From IMG/VR virus record IMGVR_UViG_3300011152_000015, positions 1 to 64,000 of that record: a stretch of 64,000 nucleotides of DNA; one strand, 5' to 3'. The translations under genes and the position numbers were made by a program. The notes under the pieces are model-generated. The model was not told where the DNA came from. It saw only the letters and a list, made by a program, of their open reading frames with translations, and searched no databases. The DNA is from a virus (lineage: Duplodnaviria > Caudoviricetes). Shown here in pieces: positions 53,379 through 62,636 of the stretch; position 1 is the stretch's first letter; each line of letters begins with the position of its first letter.

Positions 53379-56174
53379 TTACATGTTCTTGATTTCAGAG
53401 CGATTTGCTCTAATGTGGTTCATGATTACTCGCTCTCCATCCGCACCTTCGAGCGCGCTGGCAATGCTTGGGGCGTCGATTACGTTGTTAATAGTTACGC
53501 GAGCTTGATCACTTGCAGAGCTGCTGCCAGATCCCTTGCCGATGTTGTTACGGTGCCTCGGATCGCTAGCAGTAAGCATCTCTTCGCCTTTTTCAGCAAT
53601 GATCGGAACCTCATTTGGCTTGAGTCCGATAACTCCGCCTGTGTGATATTTGAGTGCGCCACCAAACATCCATCCTGGTACTGATCGACTACGGCCACCA
53701 CCAGATCCAATCAGGCCGCCGTCGTGCTTAACTCCACCAGCAACGGCCCCGGCTGCTGTAGATGCCCCGCCACTGACCATCCCCAACATGCTTTGAATTG
53801 CGTACTGGACAAGCATCTGAGCAATGACCTGCATAATTGTGTTGATCATCGCCGCCCCCATGTCAGCAAAGGCCTCCTGTGCTGACTTGCTGCCGCTAAT
53901 GATCGATGTAAACGCGTCGCCCAGGCCATTGCTCATGCTGCCCTGCAGGTCTTGCCATGTTTTTTGAAAGCTGAAGACCTCAGATTTCGCTGACTCTAAG
54001 CTGTCTTTTGTGCGGTCAACATCGGCTTCATTGCCAGTAGTCTCAGCAGCCTTTTGGCCTCGATCCCCCAACGCATTAACCTGAGCAAGGTAATCGCGAG
54101 ACGAAATCTGGTTGTTCTCCAGCTTCCTTTTCAGCGCAGCATATTGCCGGTCGATCTCATCCAACTCGGCCTTTGCCTTTTTCGCGTTTACAAGATCCTT
54201 GGCCGCTGTTGAGTCCTCTCCCATCGCCTCAAGGATGCGCTTGGTGTCCGCAAACTCACGCTCGATCTCTAGTAAATCAGCTTTGTAATCAGAGCCTCTG
54301 ATACGCAGCAGATCGACTTCCAGCTGCTCCTTAATCGCCTCCACCTGCGCCTTTGAATCTGCTAGGGCAGACGCACGCTCAGCTTTGAGCAGCGCTTCCT
54401 GGTTGGCCAAAGCTGACGTCAGGTTGAGCTGCTCCTGCTTCTTCACGCTGATCTGGGCTTCGATATCAGCGATCGCACCAAGCGCAGTGCCGCGTTCCGA
54501 ATCAATAGTCGACTGCCCCAACACTTTTTGCTGAGCACTTAGCTGCGCCTGAAGCACCTTGAGGTCTTCGCCCAGGCTCGCTTTGCGCTGGTCGCTGATC
54601 TCCCTGTTTGCTTTCAAATCTATAGCCAGCCTGGCGTCGGCGATCTCGATAGCAGTCAGGTTCTCGGACTTAGCACGATCTTCCAAGGCTCTGTTATCAA
54701 GCTGCTGCTGTGTCTGAATGCGCTCGATGTTTTTGTCGATTGCCAGTTTGGCCAGGTCGGCTTGGAGCTTGGCCTGGGTAGCAGCCAGGGTGGCCGCAGT
54801 CTGGGTACTTGTTAGGTTGTTTTTTGCGTCACCACCTCGACCCAGGCCCAGCTTTGCGCGCTCCGCATCCTGGGCGACCATGGCTTTGTTTTGCTCAGCG
54901 ATGGCAGCGCCGGCATCGAGCAGTTTGTCGGTTGCGCTTGAGATAGCACCGCTTATGCCGCCCACGCCTGTCAGCGTTGCTTTAATTGCTTCCTGGCCGA
55001 GCTTGTCGAGGGTGCTTGATGCCCGGTCGGCTTGTGCAGCGAAGTCTTTGAAGATGCCGCCGCCGAGGTTGAGGTTGACCGGTTTGTTTAGATCGGCGAC
55101 TGAGCTGTTGATGTAGCTGCGGACGCTGTCGAGGCTCGATGACATGGAGCTTGCGAGGCTGCCGGGGATTTTGTTTAGCAGGCTCTGGATGCCGGGAACA
55201 AAGGTATTGCCCACGAGATTGAGCACGTCAGCAAACGCCCGCCTGTAAAACGTGACGAAGCTGTTTACGAATTTCCCTAGGTACGTGAGGATCTGGTCGA
55301 ATCCTCTGGCAAACACACCTGCAGTGTCTGTAGCGCCCTTGGCAATGGCGAAAAAGATCGCGTATAGGGCATCACCAACCCGGCCAAAGGCGGCAAAGGC
55401 CTGGCCAGCAGCGTACACAATCCCCCTAAACTGCTCGCGCCCAGACACGCCAAGGTCGTCGACACCAGCTTTAACGTTGGTGGTGCCTTGCAACATCATT
55501 TGTATCAGGGCTGTAAATTCAGGTGCAGCGTCGGCCACTGACTTTTTAAAGCTGGTCGAAATCGATGTTGAAAGCTCGTTAAACGTGCGGTTGAGCTGCT
55601 CGACGTTTTTTGTGTCGAGACTGTTTAGGGTGTAACCGGCAGCTTTGGCCTGGGCCATGAGCTCTTTGAACTTGCCAGACCCGTCTTCCAGCAATGGCAG
55701 TAAGTTGCGAAGGTTGTCCGAACCAATCTGGTCAAGAAAAGTGAACTGGGCACTCGACGACATGCCCTTCATTACGTCACTGATTTTTTGCAGCTGCTCA
55801 AGCGGGTTGAGCTTCATGAACTCGGCGCTGGAGACCTGCATAATTTGGAAAAAATCGATCGCGCCACCGCTTTGGATCGAGTTCATCTCTTCGATTTTTA
55901 TACGCACTTCTTCGAGGGCATCAGCAAACTGCCCAGCTTCTACACCGGAGGTTTTAAATGCCGCATATTGAGCTGCAGTAAGGTCTTCAACACTTATCTG
56001 CAATCGTCTGGCAACGATATCTAGCTCGGTCAGTTGGGTGACTGTTTGCTTAATAGCAGCACCGCCAGCAAACGCAGCGATAAGACCTGCAACTTTCCCA
56101 GCTGCGCCTGTCAAGGCATTAGACATCTCGTCCCTTGCACGCAAGACGAGCTGAATTACTGTACTTCCGGCCAT
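53379..56174 (-). CDS. Tail tape measure protein
   Basis: 931 aa, helical; C-terminal HTGGVIGLKPNEVPIIAEKGEEMLT. Confidence 0.9.
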   Translation of the reverse strand: MAGSTVIQLVLRARDEMSNALTGAAGKVAGLIAAFAGGAAIKQTVTQLTELDIVARRLQISVEDLTAAQYAAFKTSGVEAGQFADALEEVRIKIEEMNSIQSGGAIDFFQIMQVSSAEFMKLNPLEQLQKISDVMKGMSSSAQFTFLDQIGSDNLRNLLPLLEDGSGKFKELMAQAKAAGYTLNSLDTKNVEQLNRTFNELSTSISTSFKKSVADAAPEFTALIQMMLQGTTNVKAGVDDLGVSGREQFRGIVYAAGQAFAAFGRVGDALYAIFFAIAKGATDTAGVFARGFDQILTYLGKFVNSFVTFYRRAFADVLNLVGNTFVPGIQSLLNKIPGSLASSMSSSLDSVRSYINSSVADLNKPVNLNLGGGIFKDFAAQADRASSTLDKLGQEAIKATLTGVGGISGAISSATDKLLDAGAAIAEQNKAMVAQDAERAKLGLGRGGDAKNNLTSTQTAATLAATQAKLQADLAKLAIDKNIERIQTQQQLDNRALEDRAKSENLTAIEIADARLAIDLKANREISDQRKASLGEDLKVLQAQLSAQQKVLGQSTIDSERGTALGAIADIEAQISVKKQEQLNLTSALANQEALLKAERASALADSKAQVEAIKEQLEVDLLRIRGSDYKADLLEIEREFADTKRILEAMGEDSTAAKDLVNAKKAKAELDEIDRQYAALKRKLENNQISSRDYLAQVNALGDRGQKAAETTGNEADVDRTKDSLESAKSEVFSFQKTWQDLQGSMSNGLGDAFTSIISGSKSAQEAFADMGAAMINTIMQVIAQMLVQYAIQSMLGMVSGGASTAAGAVAGGVKHDGGLIGSGGGRSRSVPGWMFGGALKYHTGGVIGLKPNEVPIIAEKGEEMLTASDPRHRNNIGKGSGSSSASDQARVTINNVIDAPSIASALEGADGERVIMNHIRANRSEIKNM

Positions 56175-56192
56175 GTTTTGTTCTTCTTATTA

Positions 56193-56531
56193 TTATTGGC
56201 TTAGCTGATCAATCAGAGTCTTAAACTCTTTGCCATCCCCAGTGGCAACTGCAATGCGGGACATATGATCAGCGATGATCTTTGTCACCATCTGATCCCG
56301 TATCCTCTCTTTATTCACTTCAGCGAGGTGTAGCAGGCGCTTAATAGAGTACAAATACGGATTTGAATGCCCGCAAGATACAAGGAGCTCGCAACACTCA
56401 ATTAGTACAAGGCCAAACTGCTCAGGGTCTTGTTCCTCTGTCGACGCACTCTTTTTCCTGCTGGCCTCGAATTGCTTTACTTTTTGATCAGCGGTAAGAG
56501 TATCGGCACCAGTTTTTCCAGACTTTTTTTT
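56193..56531 (-). CDS. Frameshift extension of tail assembly chaperone (gpT-like), absent from the ORF track
   Basis: The -1 frame is open from an A8 run (56524-56531) to TAA 56193: KSGKTGADT...ELLVSCGHSNPYLYSIKR...FKTLIDQLSQ. Confidence 0.75.
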   Translation of the reverse strand, partial: KKKSGKTGADTLTADQKVKQFEASRKKSASTEEQDPEQFGLVLIECCELLVSCGHSNPYLYSIKRLLHLAEVNKERIRDQMVTKIIADHMSRIAVATGDGKEFKTLIDQLSQ

Positions 56532-56884
56532 AGCCCGTCAGGGAAAGTCAAAGAGAATACTGTTGCGAGTAATTCCAGCTGGATAGGGAAAGGCAAGTTC
56601 TGGATATACCCTTCAGCATCGCGCTGCTTACAAGCGCAGGCAACACAAGCAGCCGCAAAACCCGGAAAGCTCAGAAGCACCGTTTTGGAAACATCGGGGT
56701 CAGCCAACGACTCCTTGGCATTACTTAAAAAGATAGCCGCAAGCGCAGTGCGATAGCCGTCAGCAAGGTAAACAAAATCCTCTGTATTAAGACCAAACAC
56801 ATCAATCGTCACCTCGGGCTTGTCGGCAGACGCTTGTGTAATTGTGATGGGACGTGACGGGATGACGAGATCAGAGAGTGCCAT
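56477..56884 (-). CDS. Tail assembly chaperone (pre-tape-measure protein)
   Basis: LPFPIQLELL..LTFPDGLKK; located before the tape measure. Confidence 0.82.
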   Translation of the reverse strand: MALSDLVIPSRPITITQASADKPEVTIDVFGLNTEDFVYLADGYRTALAAIFLSNAKESLADPDVSKTVLLSFPGFAAACVACACKQRDAEGYIQNLPFPIQLELLATVFSLTFPDGLKKSLEKLVPILLPLIKK

Positions 56885-57087
56885 TTTTTATTCTTATTAT
56901 AAGGCTTTTAACTATTATACCGAACCCCGCGACCCCCGTGAGACAAAACCAGTTTGACAACAAAAATAATCGAGGCAGAACAATATTCGCTGCATACCTC
57001 AACTCTCTTCGTTGTCTACTATCGCGATATGGTACTCAGCAGTAATATTGAAACTGTAGCTACACACAACAATAAGAGAGCAGAAAA

Positions 57088-57276
57088 ATGATTACTACAT
57101 CCAAAACAATAGGCGGCATTGCCCTTGAGCTAGCCTACAGCTCAGCAACAGCCGACATGACTCAGTTTATAGAGGAAGTAGCCAGTGAATTGGATCAAAA
57201 AGGCTTTTCGTTATCAGAGTCAGAGCTCGTTAGCCTCTGCAACGAAGTTTGCCATCTTGCGATGGAGGCAGCGTAA
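57088..57276 (+). CDS. Small acidic hypothetical protein (inverted moron, gene 1)
   Basis: 62 aa, TAATG coupling to the next gene. Confidence 0.65.
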   Translation: MITTSKTIGGIALELAYSSATADMTQFIEEVASELDQKGFSLSESELVSLCNEVCHLAMEAA

Positions 57277-57614
57277 TGTTTGATCCACGCACTGATTTGC
57301 CACTGAGCCCTAACGACACCAACTTTGAAGAGATGAGCTACAAACAGCTTATGGACAAGCTGAGCGCTGAATACATTCAAATTCGCACGCCCGGCACGCC
57401 TGAAAACATCGCTTTTGAGCGCAAACAAATTGATGAGTTGGCGGACTTTATTGAGGCGAATCTGTTAGATGAACTGGCGGATCAGGGGTGTGTTGAGGGA
57501 TTTAGGCTGCTTGCGATTGCCGGGCTGCGAAGGGATTTCAAAGGGCTTGAGCGCTACAATAACGGCGTGCGGCATGCGGCTTGTAGCCAGGTTTGGTACA
57601 AGTACAATCACTGA
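57276..57614 (+). CDS. Hypothetical protein (inverted moron, gene 2)
   Basis: GGAGG RBS, start MFDPRTD. Confidence 0.7.
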   Translation: MFDPRTDLPLSPNDTNFEEMSYKQLMDKLSAEYIQIRTPGTPENIAFERKQIDELADFIEANLLDELADQGCVEGFRLLAIAGLRRDFKGLERYNNGVRHAACSQVWYKYNH

Positions 57615-57625
57615 TCAGCAGCGAT

Positions 57626-57658
57626 AAAAAAACCGGCCACCTGGGCCGGCTTTTGTTT
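57626..57658. terminator. Bidirectional terminator
   Basis: A8-CCGGCC-N6-GGCCGG-CTTTTGTTT between convergent genes. Confidence 0.75.
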
Positions 57659-57675
57659 GCCATCAAAATGCTTTG

Positions 57676-58449
57676 TTAGGCAATTTCAACGTGCTCTTCC
57701 TTAAAATACCTCGAAAGTCCGGTGCCTGTCACATGCCTTGCGAGCTGTAGAGTACCTTTGAGCTCCATCTCGCCAAAGTCGCTACCAATCAACTGTCTTT
57801 GCGATAGGGGTGAAAGGCTAACGTTGTACATTGTCACTTTTACTGGAGTGTTTTCGTAAGCAAAGTTGCGACCGTCAAAAACAATGCAAAGTTCGACGTC
57901 CCCAGTAGTCAGCGCTTCGACTCGCTTAGTCGCAGACGTGGAATAAGTTACAGTGACCTCCGTGCCGTCCTCTATGCTAGTGGTTTCTGGAAAGTAGATA
58001 TGGCCATCACTCACCATATAATCTTCACCTTCAACAAGCGCTAGGCCGTCCGCCTCAATTGACTCGACAGAGGCAATAACACCATCAGGCACTATCGATT
58101 TGCCCTTGTAAGCCAGATCCGTAAAGATTTTACCGGTTGCAGCAGCGTCTCTGACTACAGTGCCACTTGTGCCTCGCGCTACGTTTTCGGGGCTTAACGA
58201 TTTTAGATTAAGAGTTACTTCGACAGTCGTCTTAACCGTTTTGGACATCACCACGCCCATAGTGCCTGACATCGTATCTTGCATCTCAACTTTGTCGTTT
58301 GTGATCGAAAAAGACGCGCTGCTCAGCATGCCTAAGTTAGCAAATCCTCCGACAGGCTTTCCGGTAGTTTTCGAAACTAGGGATGCGATAGCGGCACCAT
58401 TCCCTACATAGCCGATTGTGTCCGTTGGGGAATTGAATCCAATTGCCAT
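57676..58449 (-). CDS. Major tail tube protein
   Basis: Start MAIGFN; YVGNG, LKSLSPENVA, FDGRNFA, LIGSDFGEMELKG. Confidence 0.82.
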   Translation of the reverse strand: MAIGFNSPTDTIGYVGNGAAIASLVSKTTGKPVGGFANLGMLSSASFSITNDKVEMQDTMSGTMGVVMSKTVKTTVEVTLNLKSLSPENVARGTSGTVVRDAAATGKIFTDLAYKGKSIVPDGVIASVESIEADGLALVEGEDYMVSDGHIYFPETTSIEDGTEVTVTYSTSATKRVEALTTGDVELCIVFDGRNFAYENTPVKVTMYNVSLSPLSQRQLIGSDFGEMELKGTLQLARHVTGTGLSRYFKEEHVEIA

Positions 58450-58499
58450 TGTTTTCACCTTTATTATTATTTTTGTTGGTGTTTTTTGTTTTGTTAGGA

Positions 58500-58940
58500 T
58501 CAGCCGAAGTAGATCCAGTGAGTCCATGCCAGTTGCCAGGCACTATGATTGTTGTTCGCCGATTCAAAGCCTGACAAAAGCTCTTCAAATGAAACTATTT
58601 GCGGAAGATTTGGGTTTATTTTTGGATTGCCGCGATGCACTGCCAGGGCGTTAGAGATTTCGATACCCAGATCCATTGCGGCCCTGGAAACACCCTTAGT
58701 GTCCTGATCGGATCGACAGATGATAAATGCTCCAAATACCGCGTCACATACAAGCTTTGGCCCTTTACTAACTATTGGCCCACCACCGCACGCAAGCAAG
58801 ACACTCGGCCTTCCGCCATCCAGAGTAATGTTTTTAAGCGTTTTGTCGGCTACGGTGCCAGAGAACAAGTCGACCTTCGGCTTTGATGGCAAAGATTCGA
58901 TCAGGGTTTTGTAGTCTTCAAGGGTTTGTGTGATTGACAT
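58500..58940 (-). CDS. Tail terminator-like protein (Mu gp37 position)
   Basis: RPSVLLAC...AWQLAW; position. Confidence 0.6.
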   Translation of the reverse strand: MSITQTLEDYKTLIESLPSKPKVDLFSGTVADKTLKNITLDGGRPSVLLACGGGPIVSKGPKLVCDAVFGAFIICRSDQDTKGVSRAAMDLGIEISNALAVHRGNPKINPNLPQIVSFEELLSGFESANNNHSAWQLAWTHWIYFG

Positions 58941-58957
58941 AAGTGTTTTTGTTTTAA

Positions 58958-59416
58958 TTATAACACTTGAGCAGTTGGGGTTATGGCTTTATCGATACTT
59001 TCGACAAGTATTTTTTGGTATTCGTCAAGCCAGGCTTTCGGGAGTCCCGATTTGTCTGGAAGAAACCGTCTTTGTTTTACGCTAATGCCATACTGATGGT
59101 TATCTGCATATATTAGGTTGCTTGCTAATTCCAGGTTTGTTCCTCGCACGTTATGTTTGACGCTATTCCGCAGCCGGCCTGTGTCAAGTAGGGGCTGGCC
59201 CTGCCTGTGAGTGATTGGGGCCCAGCGGTTGCCATAGGGGTCTACTCCGCGTTGAAAGCATTGTTTGATCTTTGCGACCCACCTGACCCCAATTGTGTTG
59301 AGGCCTTTACGGACGTGGGGGTTGTTCGGGCCGAGCTGGCGTACACGGCGGACGAGCTCTTCGAGGCCCCTGGTGTCGACCTGGAGCGTTATTGGCTGGC
59401 TTCCGCTTGTGATCAT
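58958..59416 (-). CDS. Phage virion morphogenesis protein (Mu gpG-like)
   Basis: DPYGNRWAP, LLDTGRLRNS, YADNHQYG, RRFLP. Confidence 0.88.
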   Translation of the reverse strand: MITSGSQPITLQVDTRGLEELVRRVRQLGPNNPHVRKGLNTIGVRWVAKIKQCFQRGVDPYGNRWAPITHRQGQPLLDTGRLRNSVKHNVRGTNLELASNLIYADNHQYGISVKQRRFLPDKSGLPKAWLDEYQKILVESIDKAITPTAQVL

Positions 59417-59778
59417 GAGCGAATGAGACGCACGTTGTGGAATCCGGACTTACGGGACTCCTGGGTCGACGTACGAAGGCGGTTGCGGCCACTAGCAAGG
59501 CCCTCCAGCCAACGGACAGCGTCTTCAAAACGCCTCCTCTGCTCATCTGTTGGGTTTTCATTCCACAAGTAGTATCGAGAGATGTCCAACACGTGGCCTT
59601 TAATGTCTTCGATCGCTTCCTGGTCAATCAGTGGTGAGCTGAGGCCACCGGCTCTGATGTAGCTGTCAGCCAGCCGCGATGCCTTCTCGATTGCCCTGAT
59701 GATTCTGGCTTCACCGTCATCATTAGGGATCTGATCGTTTTTGAATTCTTGGGTGTATTGCTCGTAGGTTGAGTACAT
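59413..59778 (-). CDS. Mu gp36-like head-tail adaptor
   Basis: MYST, AIEKASRLADSYI, DISRYYL, FEDAVRWLEGLASG. Confidence 0.85.
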   Translation of the reverse strand: MYSTYEQYTQEFKNDQIPNDDGEARIIRAIEKASRLADSYIRAGGLSSPLIDQEAIEDIKGHVLDISRYYLWNENPTDEQRRRFEDAVRWLEGLASGRNRLRTSTQESRKSGFHNVRLIRS

Positions 59779-59914
59779 AGTTTTTCTTAACCAATCTTCT
59801 TATTGTTATGTCTCCCCTCCAGGATCTTTACCCTCAACGGTCATTTCCTTTTTAAAAGAGAAAGATACCGTTGCGGGTGGAAAGCCAAAAATCTTTGGTT
59901 AAGAGAAACGCTTT

Positions 59915-60859
59915 TTAGGAAAGTGATAAACCTTGCAACTGACTCAGTGGGATTACGTGAGTCGAGTCTTGATCAACGAATCCGTCCAGTGGCATCCCCT
60001 TTTTCCACATCCTGTGTCTAGTCGCACCTAAAATCTTTATCTGATCGTCTTCATCAAGCGATTTCAGATGCTCGTCGAAACTGTCAGGCACTGGATCATC
60101 GTCGTCAAAAATCGCGATCATTGTGGTACGGCATCCTGGATGGAACGGAGGCACTTTCTTTTTCGGGTCGCTGACCTTGAATTTCTTTCCGTTCTGGGAT
60201 GCACAAGTCAGTGTTGTTCGCGTGTCCAAGATCGCACTGAGTTGGTACATCTCGACGCCGGCCTCCTGAAACCCCAGCAGATCTGCATTGGCTGTCACAT
60301 GAGCCGCAGCCGTCCGCACCAATATCTCGATATTTCTACGCGAGGCATTAAACGGATTGACCGGATCTGACACCACAGCATCAACGATTTTGCTCACAGG
60401 CAGCCCGTTAACCACTCCTAACCGCACCGCCCTCTTAACAGCATTCTGCGTGGCCAAGCTCTGCTCGCTGACCCACTCCCGGAGCAATTTGCCATCAAAG
60501 GGATCACTTTCAATAAAAGACCGGATGAAGTCCTCGGACGTCTGCGCACCACCCAGATCAACCTCAAGCGCATCCCCCACCCAATCGGCCTCAGCTTTGT
60601 ACAGCTGCTCAAGCTCGTCGACGAGATCGCGCTCCATTGCGCTGTACTGATCGCTGATTGCTCGATCGATCTTGTCGAGCTTTCTCCTTAGCTTGTACAC
60701 ACTCAGGATCGCACCGCGCTTTACGTCCGCCTGTAGCTCTTCGGCTACCTGAGTCTTCAGTTGCTGCAACTGTGCTACAGCCCCACGGGCAATTCGGGTG
60801 TACTGCCCCCGCAACTGGATCTGCCTGCCGATCGCCTTCTTTGCAGTGAGCTTTGCCAT
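59915..60859 (-). CDS. Head morphogenesis / minor capsid protein (Mu F / SPP1 gp7 family)
   Basis: LVRTA, AILDTRTTLTC, PPFHPGCRTT. Confidence 0.9.
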   Translation of the reverse strand: MAKLTAKKAIGRQIQLRGQYTRIARGAVAQLQQLKTQVAEELQADVKRGAILSVYKLRRKLDKIDRAISDQYSAMERDLVDELEQLYKAEADWVGDALEVDLGGAQTSEDFIRSFIESDPFDGKLLREWVSEQSLATQNAVKRAVRLGVVNGLPVSKIVDAVVSDPVNPFNASRRNIEILVRTAAAHVTANADLLGFQEAGVEMYQLSAILDTRTTLTCASQNGKKFKVSDPKKKVPPFHPGCRTTMIAIFDDDDPVPDSFDEHLKSLDEDDQIKILGATRHRMWKKGMPLDGFVDQDSTHVIPLSQLQGLSLS

Positions 60860-61350
60860 CAGGCTACCCAGAGCTCAGCTTCAGCCCGGCGTCTCTTTAC
60901 AAGCCCCGGAAGCTTCACACCCTTGGCGTAGACCCACCTCATGAGCTGCCCAGGCACAGCCCCAAAATCACCCCGGTTAATCACTCGCCTAAGCGTCGAA
61001 ACCTCGAAATTCCCGGCGCCACAGTTGTAAACAAAGTCGATCAGCGCAGCCAGCTGATTGGCATTGAGCTTGATCTTTACTAGCCTCAAAACCGCATTTG
61101 CAGCCTTCATCAGATCAGCCCTAAGCAACGCTTCCGCACGCTCCATACTGATAGCTGGAAACTGACTCAGCGGAGCCCAAGCTTTGCGCGACAGCAAGTG
61201 CCCATACCCAATTGTTGGAAGGCCAACAGGATCGTGGTAAGGCTCGATCTCCGGTGTACGGCGATCCGGGTCATGCAACCCGTCGAACTCCGGACGACTG
61301 ACCAGCTTGGCCGCGATCTCAATCGCTTGCTCTAGCACAGACCTAGTCAT
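60859..61350 (-). CDS. Lysozyme (GH24 endolysin)
   Basis: YHDPVGLPTIGYGH, ALIDFVYNCG, LPGLVKRRRAE. Confidence 0.93.
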   Translation of the reverse strand: MTRSVLEQAIEIAAKLVSRPEFDGLHDPDRRTPEIEPYHDPVGLPTIGYGHLLSRKAWAPLSQFPAISMERAEALLRADLMKAANAVLRLVKIKLNANQLAALIDFVYNCGAGNFEVSTLRRVINRGDFGAVPGQLMRWVYAKGVKLPGLVKRRRAEAELWVA

Positions 61351-61875
61351 TTACTTGGCCTGCAGATGACGCTGGAGTACTCGACCACCGAACCAAAAGC
61401 TGATGACGGCAGCGAGCATGGCCTCATCAAATTCAGTCCAACTGCCCTTTAACGCCTCGAACCCCGTAAGCCCAGCAGCCTCCAACGCATGAAAAACGGC
61501 AACCTTGTAGCCCATGTAAAACACGACCAAGGCATAGGTAATCAGCGGTCGGCACATCCGGATAACAAAGTCGACATGCACTCCCACCAGCGCCACGTAC
61601 GCCTTTACCCACCCAGGCAAACTCCCACCACCGACCGACGTAATTAGCTTGTCCGCGTAACTCTCTTCCGGACGATGTACTGCGATCGCTTCCTCTATAT
61701 CAGCGCGAGCATTAATTTCTTCCAACCGCCACATATGCTCAGAAGCAGCAGATTCCATTCGCAGTTTCATTAATTCCATTTCTTGCTTGTGGTCTTGCTT
61801 GGCTTGAAATAGATCAAAGACTTTGGGAACAAACGGCCCCAAAAACCCGAAAAAAGCACTTATCATCGCGATCAT
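61351..61875 (-). CDS. Holin-like membrane protein (3TM type)
   Basis: RPLITYALVVFY...ISFWFGGR; next to the lysozyme. Confidence 0.65.
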   Translation of the reverse strand: MIAMISAFFGFLGPFVPKVFDLFQAKQDHKQEMELMKLRMESAASEHMWRLEEINARADIEEAIAVHRPEESYADKLITSVGGGSLPGWVKAYVALVGVHVDFVIRMCRPLITYALVVFYMGYKVAVFHALEAAGLTGFEALKGSWTEFDEAMLAAVISFWFGGRVLQRHLQAK

Positions 61876-62147
61876 TTGGACACCCCTTTTACAATCAAGG
61901 CATCGATGCGCGAGCTGATTCTATCGAGCTTTTCCTCAATGCGGATCGTGCTTTCTTTTCTTTCAATTTGATACGACTGAATCTGAGCTGAAACAATATC
62001 AACACGCTGATCAAGTAGCTCAATCTTCTTGTCTAAACCCGAATAAGCCCAAACGCCACTTACTACTAGCGACAGTAGTGGTATGACTGCGTATAGGGAA
62101 ATAACGAGGCTGCTGGCGTTAGTGGGCGCCGGAGGGGTTGCTGACAT
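61872..62147 (-). CDS. Small TM plus coiled-coil protein in the lysis cluster
   Basis: One TM helix, then RIEEKLDRI. Confidence 0.7.
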   Translation of the reverse strand: MSATPPAPTNASSLVISLYAVIPLLSLVVSGVWAYSGLDKKIELLDQRVDIVSAQIQSYQIERKESTIRIEEKLDRISSRIDALIVKGVSK

Positions 62148-62252
62148 TATTGTTCTTCTTATTATTGTTATTGTCAGAAGGGCTCTATGGCCAATGACTT
62201 ATTATAACATGCGTTACTTTTGCAATGTGGCGAGTACATGCATAAAGTTTAT

Positions 62253-62636
62253 TTACCAGGGCTTTTGCGGCCAAATAACCAATGCTGGATCTGCTGCAAG
62301 CGTAATGTCTCGAAGGGCTTGGCGGTATTCTGCAATAGCCCTCAAGCGCGCTGGATCTGCTGTCGTTTGGGTGATCCGAGCCTCGTCATAGACAATGTTT
62401 AGAGCATAGTCAGCGTCGATTAGCAGCTCATCGCGGCGGGCTCTGATCATCTCCCAAGCTGCCGCTCTGTCTTGTTCCCAAACCAGCTCGCCGGCTACGA
62501 CACGCGGGACAAGGCCCAGGTTGAGCTGTTCCAGGTAGTCTTGGAGGTCTGGGATTTCAAGGCTTGGGAGGTTGGCCAGGCCAGATGTAGTGAGCGCGGT
62601 TACGTATCCAGTGCTCTCGTTGTATGAGATTCTCAT
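62253..62636 (-). CDS. Tail fibre assembly chaperone
   Basis: IRARRDELL...YRQALRDIT...WPQKP. Confidence 0.85.
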   Translation of the reverse strand: MRISYNESTGYVTALTTSGLANLPSLEIPDLQDYLEQLNLGLVPRVVAGELVWEQDRAAAWEMIRARRDELLIDADYALNIVYDEARITQTTADPARLRAIAEYRQALRDITLAADPALVIWPQKPW

